In this document: positions 53,412 to 64,000 of the stretch, one piece after another
Layout of the letters: each line of letters starts with the position of its first letter
How positions within the stretch are numbered: position 1 is the stretch's first letter
Assembly (NCBI RefSeq): GCF_964355755.1
Contig: NC_092678.1
Coordinates: forward strand, 5,844,422 to 5,908,421
Length of the DNA stretch: 64,000 nucleotides
Reading direction: 5' to 3'
Source: Antedon mediterranea
Lineage: Eukaryota; Animalia; Echinodermata
Notes under the pieces: model-generated
Databases searched by the model: none
Told to the model about the DNA's origin: nothing
What the model saw: only the letters and a program-made list of their open reading frames with translations
Position numbers and translations under genes: made by a program

Positions 53412-56400
53412 ACTATACACAAAGAGAGTAATAATAGTACCAAATAGAGCAATTAAACTTAGTATTATAGCTTATATGTAAACAATAAACTATTCAGCTG
53501 CACACATACTTACTAAACTATAATGTAACAATACGCTTGTTGAATAATAAAGTAATTTTTATGTTTTATATTGACTTTGTTGAATCGACTATTATGTATT
53601 TTATCCGTTTATTTTATATTGACACTGTTGATTCGTCTTTTTGTTTTTTAAATATTTTTATATAGTTTATTTTATATCATTGTTGTTACTTTGGGAGTAC
53701 GGAACCTGAACTCTTGTTATAGTGATTAGGTTCACTTTTAGGTTCCTGCCTACTCCCTTAGTTTCTGTGTTTTGTTTGTTTGTAACTGGTTTTTGGCAAT
53801 AAATAATAATAATAATAATATGTTTCTATCTATTGTGTTTTATTCATAATATTTTATGGCAATCACACTCACAGAGAAATTTGTTACTTATCAAACTATG
53901 GTAGCCATATATAATTGTGTCTGTGGCTACTATCGGTCCACAGAATAGATGGACTCTGCTAGATTTAAACTGCATAAATGAATATTTAAAGTTATCATTA
54001 CCAATTAATATAGTAGTAATAATTGACATTTATTTATAATAGCGCTCTACAAAAAACATGGTATTTTGAAAGAAAACAAACTTAAGTCTTTTAAATTGAA
54101 ACGACAGACTACGTCCCTAATGTTCCAAAGATCAATTAGATTAATATTATATTATTTAATTTCATATTTGATGCTTGTTTTAAATTGTTAATAATACATC
54201 AACATCCATGGGGGTCTTTTTTGACTGATTGGACCACACTGGTAAAATATTGGAATTAAATATGTTATACTATTTTCATATACCAGTACCACCCAGTAAA
54301 CTAATAATATAACTTTAAAATTTATGACTTAAATTACTACACATACAAATTAAATAAAGCATGATTTAGTTTGGACGATTACATTTTCAAGCTTGGAAAT
54401 ATTGAAACAATGATAAATAACTACACCTAGAGGTAGAGTATTTAAAATGTGTATTTAACATATAAATCCTATTATTATGGGCTTCATTAGCTCACACCTA
54501 TTCATGCTAAGTGGAAAGGGTAACACTCAAATTGTGTGATAAAAGGGTATTAAACAAAGAGATTTTTAAGCTACATAAAATAGTAGGAAGTGATTGTATA
54601 TTGAGAAGATTAGATTAAAAGTTTTCTGTTCAAAACTTTGCAGGCATTTTTAGGTGTAACTGTAAGTGGTTTGACTGGTTAAAATAATATTTACACTAAA
54701 AAAGTTTTTAAAAAGTAGAGCTTTGTTACATTAACATATAAACAACAAAAAAGTATAATGAGTTAATTTTTTACGAAAGTCTAAGCTAAATTTTCATTTT
54801 CAATTCATTCAGAAATTATCTAAAGTGCCAGAACATGACACACAAATCACATGACCTACAAATCCCACTATTTCACACCTACCATTAAAGACTGAGTTCA
54901 AAGGTCATTTGAGGATAAAAGCCCTGATAAATCAAATCATCAAGTATAAAGCTTTATAAATGCTATGCACTTGGAAGTTCCATTCTAAAGTGCGTTAAAT
55001 GTTCAGTGGATTAAGTGAACGTGGCATTTAGGGTGAATGTGGCATTTTGGGTGAGCACTTGCTTAGAAAATTAATGAAAATGGTTTATACATGTTGAAAG
55101 TCACGAATATAGACTGAGTCATTTTGAAGAAGATACAAATTGATCAATTTTCATATATTCAAATGTATCTTGTATAAGCGATCAATAAAACGATACCAAT
55201 TGCAAAATACTAATACTAACTACTATAGTTTTCAATGTCACTCTAAAAACACTAATGTCATACAGATAAGTATGTAAGTTAATTTAACAATTAACATCAT
55301 TCTGGTGGAAAAGTTCAGATAAAGAAATCAATAAAGGAATATAAACCACTAAAGTTAATAATTAATAACAAATACCTGGATAAACCGTCAATAGCCCTTT
55401 CTCCTAGAAGAGCAATATATATATACATTATTGTCAAATCAATGACCACAACATGAAAAGCCCAACTTTTGGATCGACGTAATTGTACACTGTTCTAGAA
55501 TAACTTTGGATAGAGATTCTTTTGTTTTCAAAGGACTATGAAGCTGTCTACTCAAAAAGTCATTCTGCATTTAAACAAAGTTTCTTAGTATGTGCAGTAT
55601 TACTTGTAGAAAGATTTCCTATCCACTACCTTCAAGATTTTCCAAAATTAATTATACCAAATTTACAACCTATAAATACTAAATTTAACTACTGTACTAT
55701 CGTTAACTTAAAACATCAGTGTCCATGACCTAAATTAGCCTCTAATAAACCCCACAAAAATATAATTAATTCATAAAAGAAAGACAGAAATCAATACTAA
55801 TATCAATTTCAAGTAGCTCATAAAAACAGACAATACTCACTGTAGATCACAAAAGGTCAAAGAATCTAGATCAAGCTATATTGGGTCTTGTACCTTATAT
55901 AATATGTATCTAAAACGGAAAAGTCAAAAATTCAATTTCTTTTTAAAAAGTTATACAATTTTGTATTATATTTTTGTTCACTACTGATTGTTAAACAAAA
56001 ATAACTGATAATAAATCATAATTTCTGAAGAAAGAACAATACTGTAAATAAAAATTTTACATCAAAAAGTCAAAGCGTTTTTTTAAAGAAATATTTTTTT
56101 AAACTGACATACATAAGTGAGTTGTACACTACATAATTCACTAACTTTTATGCTGGTTCAATGAGGTTTGCTATGTTTTTTTTTTAGGTTTGCTGGTTTA
56201 CCAATACCACAGTTTTGTGCTATAAATGAGTAAAAAATAACAGGGAATAGATCAAGGTACTGTATTTGTACCTTATAAATTAAGATAAAATAATTAAGTA
56301 AAAAAAAATAATATCTTCTTCTGTTTGGGCAATTTGAAGTGAGGAAAAATTGAGACTGTGATTAAAAATATTTGAAGTTAAAAACGTGCTCCACAGAATC

Positions 56401-59400
56401 TGCAGTTTAAGCAATCAAACACTGGAACCATTTGGAGCTTTTAAAAAACTGGTTTAGCAAGATAATATTCTTGAAAAATAAAGTTTTAATCTATTCTTTC
56501 ATGTTTTCAATAGCAACAGTTTCATATTATATTGAATATTAAAGAATTCTAAAGATAACACTGCGTATCCAAGAAATGCAAGACAACATTAACCTTACAT
56601 AAAAGAGTTGAAATGGAACGTGAATCAACAAATACGAGAAGTACATAGTTAAGATTCAGTGATTCCATTAAATACTGAGAAGATTTATTTCTGAACCAGA
56701 GGTTTGCTAAGGTAACCCCAGAGCAATTTAAACTCAAAGAACACGTACTTAGATTACAAGAACATTCAAAAAAACATTAATACTCATAATGTACCAACAA
56801 GGAACAATAATACAAAAATATGCAAGTTGTTCGCAGCATATATTGAAGATAGAATTTCAAACATTTTTTTTTTCTTTTCAGTAATATGTTATTCATATAT
56901 TAAACTGAACTGGCAAGGCAGTATTGGATTACATTTAATAAACTATACCTATGTATTTGAACATCATTTCATTGTACATGGAGAATTAATAAATAGGAAA
57001 GGAGCAACAATAAGGTAATTCATAGAGGGCTTTATTTCAGATTCTCTAGTGTATTACCTTACTTGTAAAATAATAATATAAATTTATTGGCATAGACAAT
57101 CTAAACTGCCCAGTGATATTAATAAATTAATTTATGTACTGGTAAAGATGAGGAAATCTTTGAGAATGAACAAAACTGACCAAACTAAGATTCAAAACCA
57201 GGAACCTTCTGCTTGATATGCAGACATCGTACCTTCAGATAGGTACAATATTCCAATTCTACTACTTTATTAGGGGACACCTCTGTTAGAGGGCACCTCT
57301 ATTAGAGGGTCATAACACTATGGTCAATCCCTATTCAGATGTCCCTTTTACAGGAAGGGATTCCAACTGATGATTTTATCGCTTTTTGACTATCATAGGC
57401 TTTCACGTAGCAAGTGCCGTTAAGGTATGGCCTTGTTTAGCGTCCAATAAATATTCAATGTTCTTAACTAATTGAAAAGGGAAATATTGTGCAGTTACTA
57501 GCATAGTTTTTTCTTTTTAAAATCCATTATGTTTTGGTTATTGATTATTTCTACTTTCAACTAGATACAAATACTTTTGTTAATGTTTTTACAACAATGA
57601 CAAATAGCGACAGAAGATAAAGTTCAGTAAACATTACTATCAATTATAAAGAGCGCTACATTCCTGTAAAAGCAAAAGCCGAGATGATCCATACTGTACA
57701 AACAGAAGATGTTTCTTTTATTCAATATTCTGCTAACTATGGCATCTCAGTACGAAAACTAGTGCAGTCTACGAGCAGACAACTTAAAGGATGCGAAACA
57801 GGATTTCCTTAATAAGGTACATAAAAACGTAATTTACGATTCCTGTCTGTGACTACTAAAATACTTAGTACCATCGCTCCGAGTTATTTATGCCTATTCG
57901 TATTATATTACATAGGAACGCAGGTTGAACTCAATGTGTTTCTCCCATTTCCACAACATCCATCTTATTACCTATGCACAGGTGTTTCTTCGATGAAGAA
58001 TTTGACCTTTGACCCTCAGGATGTTCACGACCTTGTCGACCCGTAGGGAACATTCCAGCACTAATGGTAATCAGATTGTATCTGTGACAAACAGTGAAAG
58101 TGTTAAGATATTAGATCAACTGTACACAACACTTAGCCCCTGAACAAACAACGAAACTATCAATATTACACAGCGGAAGTTTTGTTTTACTAACAAATCT
58201 GAAAATGTGATTTAGACGATAAATATAATGAACAAAACACAAAATCAGTAATTTCCAAAAGCACCAGTAGCCTATATGATATTAAAATAGGAGGGCCTAA
58301 AAGCTGTGAAATTAAGTGCTGATCTTAGTCTAATGTTTTGTCTGTGTTGCAAAATATCCACCTATGAAAACACTACATTTTAAACCTTACCACTGGATTG
58401 ATTATACTTTCCATATATAACTGTCTTGGGTTCAACAATAGGTACTGGAAAGTGCCTATATGCCAGACAATAGGAAATACAAAGCACATATTGTCCTCTG
58501 TTGACAATAGGCACTTTCCAATAGGGTACCATTCATTCCTATAACCTATGAAATGTGGGGTGCGGTCACAGACACATTGTTTAGATCTTAAGGTCTAGAA
58601 CCAATTATACAATTACAATACTCAATACATTTCCTATAGTACTGACACAACAGCCTTATTTGCACTGCACAGAAATATACAAACATACTGGTTCCAGCCT
58701 ACTGTATTTTTTAACTACTAATTAACAATAAATATCCTAGATTTATATAGCACATAAACGTCATTAAAGCTCTGTACATACATTATTTAAAAAACAACTA
58801 ATTCAAATAAACAGACAAAACAAAACAGTATTGCCAGAAAAACTCAAACCACATGCTCGTAATTAACCAGGGGTCAGTACAAGTAGTGTCTTCAATAATG
58901 CATAGACATCCATTGCCTGTTAATTTTGGAAAGAGGATGATAATGATACATAACAAACATTGCTATATAAACAATTAACTACGTACTATAATAATATTAT
59001 ATGTTTAAATAGACCACTGAACAAACAACAATATCTACCTATCTTTTATATTGCCTGCAATGGATTCTAATAAAAGGTATAGTGGAATAATTATAAATAC
59101 TATAAATTAAAGTCAGTTACGAAACAAACATATAAAATTTCAAATGCTGACATCACACCTATATAAATAACCTCATAAATAAATCAACAAATAGTTCTAT
59201 AGTGTTATTCAGTTAAAATATAATGAATTCTGAGGTATTAAAGCTACTTCCGAAATACGAACACCCAAAGTAAACAATGTTATGGTATCCGACAACAATG
59301 AAACCGGTTCAGTTGATACTTTATGTTTACAGTGAACCCACTATGACCTTTTCTAATAAGTGCAGGAATTATGCATTTTGTAATTTACAGGAAACTGAAA

Positions 59401-59440
59401 ACATTAAAGGGACACTTTACTGTGAAACTAACGGAAAAAA

Positions 59441-60163
59441 CCTTCTAAGTTCCCTCCCCCTTTGAAGTTCCCCTTCTAAGTTTCCCCTTCTAAGGTTCCC
59501 CTCCCCCTTCTAAGTTTCCCTTCTAAGTACCCCCTCCTTCTAAGTTCCCCCTCCTTCTAAGTTTCCCTTCTAAGTTTCCCCCTTCTAAGTTTCCCCCTCC
59601 TTCTAAGTTTCCCTCTCCTTCTAAGTTTCCCCCTTCTAAGTTTCCCCCTTCTAAGTTTTCCCCTTCTAAGTTTTCCCCCTTCTAAGTTTTCCCCCCCTTC
59701 TAAGTTTTCCCCCCCTTCTAAGTTTTCCCTCCCTTCTAAGTTTTCCCTCCCTTCTAAGTTCCCCCTCCCTTCTAAGTTTTCCCTCCCTTCTAAGTTCCCC
59801 CTCCCTTCTAAGTTCCCCCTCCCTTCTAAGTTCTCCCTCACTTCTAAGTTCCCCCTCCCTTCTAAGTTCCCCTTCTAAGTTCTTCCCCCTCCTTCTAAGT
59901 TCCTCCCCTTCTAAGTTCCTCCCCTTCTAAGTTCCTCCCCTTCTAAGTTCCTCCCCTTCTAAGTTCCTCCCCTTCTAAGTTCCTCCCCTTCTAAGTTCCT
60001 CCCCTTCTAAGTTCCTCCCCTTCTAAGTTCCCTCTCCACCCTTCTAAGTTCCTCCCCTTCTAAGTTCCCTCTCCACCCTTCTAAGTTCCTCCCCTTCTAA
60101 GTTCCTCCCCTTCTAAGTTCCCTCTCCACCCTTCTAAGTTTTCCCCCTTCTAAGTTTCCCTCT
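59441..60163. repeat. CCTTCTAAGTT-core minisatellite (~40 units of ~14-21 bp)
   Basis: Near-invariant CCTTCTAAGTT separated by variable C/T runs. Confidence 0.95.
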
Positions 60164-63100
60164 CATATATAGTTTGTATCATAATATACAGGAAAGAAAT
60201 AAAAGTTGCTAAACTTAACACACCTCCTCTCACTGGGTCAATTCTGGAGAAATCAAAATTACAATTGAGTCATCACTTGATACGTGATATTCGAGGAAGT
60301 TATTTCGAGAAAAAAGTTTACCTTTAGACACGGTTCACACTAGGACAAAAAAGTAATCTAACCAATCACAAGAGACACATTGGATGGGCTATCACTTCTA
60401 TAGCGAAACAACGCTTCTGGTATCAGCTTCTAGAGTGAACCAAGCTTCTGGTATCAACTTCTAGAGTGAACCAAGCTTCTGGTACTGTATAACTAATCAA
60501 CTCAACCTTACCTTATGGTCAAAGTAAAACTAAAAATAGTTTATGGCATCCAAACAACAAATCATATTATTTAAAAACCACATTTAACATTTGTTGGTAT
60601 CTGTCCAATAACTGTTGCCAAGAAGTCATATTTCTCCACCTTTTTCTTTGCCGCAAAACAGTAACCTAGACATGGTGGTAGGCTTTCCTGTTTTTGAGTC
60701 ATAGCCATGGTTCTAGCATTACATTCAGTTTCTGGAGGGTTTCTGGATGGTCTGTAATTAAAGCTACTCTATCCAATATCATTAACACTAATTACTAATC
60801 AAAACTAATCCTATTACAACATGACAAAGACATAATTATGAGTTGATTAGTTTTAATAATGCTAGACAACCTTCATTCAGAAATCTGTCCATTCATACAG
60901 ATATTAGCAAAATTAACTTTATATAAGAAAAAAAATATTTGTTTAATTTTTAAGGCCAGTTTCTGCTGCAAATAAATTACCTCTTTTTTATTTGCAGCAG
61001 AAAAAAAGCAGTATATGCCGGTTACCTGAGTAACCTACCTGAAAATGGGACAGTCCACAACCACACCTATATCAATGTTATTTCACCTCTGGTCTTATAG
61101 GATGGCAGGGAAGTGTTAAGCCAAACAAATGGTACAATAAACTATATCCACTATACTGTTGGTTTGTGTAGTTATTTTGATAAATGTTAGGGAGCTGGTC
61201 TATCTGTCCTACACACATACCTGTACATCTATAAGGTCCAGACCTAATCCCGAATCTGCGAAACTGCGATTCAATACAATAAAAGATGGCCTCCAGATAC
61301 AATATATAGTTGACTCAGAACATTGCCAAATATTTTCTGTCTGTAGTCCATGACCTGTCAACAATTATTATTATGATAGTATATTCGTGTCTGTCCGTTT
61401 TAATCCAACACGGAACCAAAAATTAAAGCAGGATCAACAACAATAATCCAAATTCCATTTCCGAAGGATTTGTTTAGAAAAATATCATTGCAAGGATTTG
61501 CTATAATTTGTTTGCATTCAAATTGGATTCCTGATAAATAAATTCAAAAGATTTAAATTGATTCAACCTTTAGGTTGGTAAAAATCCAATTTATTGTTAA
61601 TTTGTTCGTACTATAATTTCTATATAAACTTACGTAGAAATACAATCTATTTTCCCAACAGGAAACTATTATAAATTCAGATTTTCATTAAAGGTCACAG
61701 ATGAAAATTAAAAACCATCTTAAGGATGTCCAGTTTTTGGTGAGATATTTCGGGCCAGTCCAAGGGTTTCCAGTTTGTTGAGAAACTGCGGGTGGTCAGT
61801 CCTAATTTCCAAATGTAGAGGGAGGCCTAGGATCCACTTCCACCACAAAAATATACACACAAACCAATAATGGTGTTAGTAGTCAGTCTAATTACAATTA
61901 GTGCAGCTTAACAGGATAAACAGACATAGGCAAAGATATGGTGAGATATGCATTGGCATGTTCACGGACAATACCATTGTCTTTGAAGGGAGTTTATACA
62001 TTTTTATTACTTCTGGATTCATGTTGTATGTACAAGTATATATGTAAAAGGCTAACATTGGTTTATCCATGTAAGTTGGCACGAAATAGACTGGCCTATT
62101 TCATTAATTTTACAATACAACTACTTAAGAAATTGACATGTTCAACTGTACTATATTTTCTATGATGCCACAACAACTGGCTTGTTACTTATGAATGAAT
62201 AAATTATATTTAATTCAATTATTCAAGTTACGAAATAATTCAATGTATGGAATTTCATGAATGTTAAATGATTTATAAGGCTACTACTAATCATTAGATA
62301 TTAAAGAATAAATAACATCCATAAATAATCATAAAAGCATAATTCCAAAGGGAATAAATACATATTGTAGTATTTTAAAAGTTTTCTATTATAATTTTTT
62401 GATAAAAGTATGTTTATTTTGTTTCACTTAATAAATAAAACATTTAAGTTAAATTGATTTAATTCTCTTCATTTCCACATCTGGCATTATCTGTTAGTGT
62501 ACATGTTATACATGCATCACATTACATGTTTAGTTAATGTTATATACTGTAGGCTTTAAAACAGGTGTCACATGTGATACTAATGTGACATTGCATTGTA
62601 CAATTTGGACAAATTAAAGAAACTTTACAAATAAAGTATAAGTTTACACAGTAAAAAATGCACGATAAAAATATGTATACTGTAGTTGTTACTATAAAGA
62701 TGAAATTATCAGAGGAAATAAATGGTTAAAAATTTATGAGACATGCATGTTGCCATTATTATTTGATTACCTTAATTATGTCATAATTCTAAACGTCATG
62801 TGACCTTGTGTAGATACAGTAGACTAATTTACATAATGTTCAATAAGATTATTACTGGATAATTGATGTTTTTTTGAGGTTTTATATAAATTTTTATCTA
62901 CAGTAGACCCACCCTGAATTAAGGTAAACCTTTAGAATCCAACTAACTGTCCAAAAAATTGATTTTATACCATAAAAAATAAAATAAAAACACACTAAAT
63001 ACATATTGCGAGACATAATCAATTTGAAAAATCATGTCTTTTAAAATCACATTGAATATTAAACTTGCCAGAAGCATTGATCTATTTTGTCAAGCGCCTA

Positions 63101-63329
63101 CAGACGTAGACATCATTGATTTTAATAAAGGGTCGTAGGTCGCCAAGCTAGGCGTTATATTTATGTACTGAAAAAACACTGCAACTTTTTGTAGCATCAA
63201 ATTTATTGATTTTAATTCCACGCTGTATAATACTAATTATACAATATGTCAGAGGTGCTAGGCAAAGAATGGGTGGGGTCATATAGCTGAAAATACAAAA
63301 ACCAACGGGAGTTGGTAGACTATGAATGA

Positions 63330-63620
63330 TGCTTATCTGGATAAACCGACAATAGCCTAATCTTCTTTAAGAATGAATAATTGAAAAGTTAAATTCATTG
63401 AACATCCCTCTCAATAAATGGTACAGTCAAAGACCCATATACTCAAGCATCCTCACAAATCACCATTAACATTTCTTTTTTGAAATATGGAAGATATGTA
63501 TCTAAAGCTATTGTTTTAGACTATACTATTTATAGAGAGGGGTGTTCAAATAATTCTACAAGTTATATCAAACGCCTCAAGGAGAATAGGTTAGTATCGG
63601 TTTATCCAGGTAAACTACTG
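63330..63620. mobile_element. Degenerate inverted-repeat element; its terminal sequence is dispersed through the window
   Basis: GCTTATCTGGATAAACCGA...CATCCCTCTCAATAAATGGTACAGTC is mirrored by GACTATACTATTTATAGAGAGGGGTG...TCGGTTTATCCAGGTAAAC. The same motif occurs near 19828, 40428, 55375, 62058 and 63969. Confidence 0.6.
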
Positions 63621-64000
63621 TATATTAACATAATCTTTAATAATTTATTTGTTTGTGCAGTATTGTTCTGTATTTCTTAAATTATTCACAGTTTTCTAGT
63701 TTCAATACCAAATTGAAAACCAATTATGGCTTGAATCGCTTTCACAAACTGTAACGACCAAAGATTATCCTTCAATAAATAAATAATAATCTACTAGGCT
63801 TGTTAAAAATCTATAAGTTGAGATTACTAATGAGAATTCAAGGTAAAGTAGTTAATGGATTCTTAAAAGGAGATAGTTACAGACTTACAAATGATATACA
63901 AATAATGTCCAATACACAACGCCAATCTTGACTTATCTAGCGTCCTCTAGTGGTGGAAGATGCCTGTTTCGGTTTATCCATGTAAGCTATGCATGAAAAT

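Noticed and set aside
58002-58016. TGACCTTTGACC nuclear-receptor DR1-like site
   Set aside because: A single short motif that also occurs in repeats; no conservation data.
59441-60163. CRISPR-like array, and the ORF at 59557-59841
   Set aside because: Eukaryotic context; the spacers are short low-complexity C/T runs; no cas genes; the ORF is the translated repeat.

Overview
AT-rich animal (invertebrate) genomic DNA, not prokaryotic. One protein-coding gene is supported: a plexin-family semaphorin receptor on the minus strand. Seven coding exons were assembled by hand with consistent GT-AG sites and phases: 44821-43739, 43315-43115, 42456-42325, 31412-31300, 10747-10612, 4033-3871 and 3415-3207. 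They give about 679 aa (signal peptide, Sema, PSI, TIG-like, second PSI), and the gene continues beyond position 1. The rest is intron or upstream DNA with TA-target and TAA/TTA-target MITEs, tRNA-derived SINEs, two copies of a 5S rRNA-headed SINE, a ~1.75 kb foldback element, minisatellites and a 1.5 kb polypyrimidine tract. The most unusual observation comes from comparing the two foldback arms. The left arm carries two tiny CA...TG palindromes, each flanked by a 7-bp duplication, and the right arm has the empty sites. These resemble P-element-superfamily excision footprints. I found no novel multi-gene system. All family assignments come from reading the sequence, without database searches.
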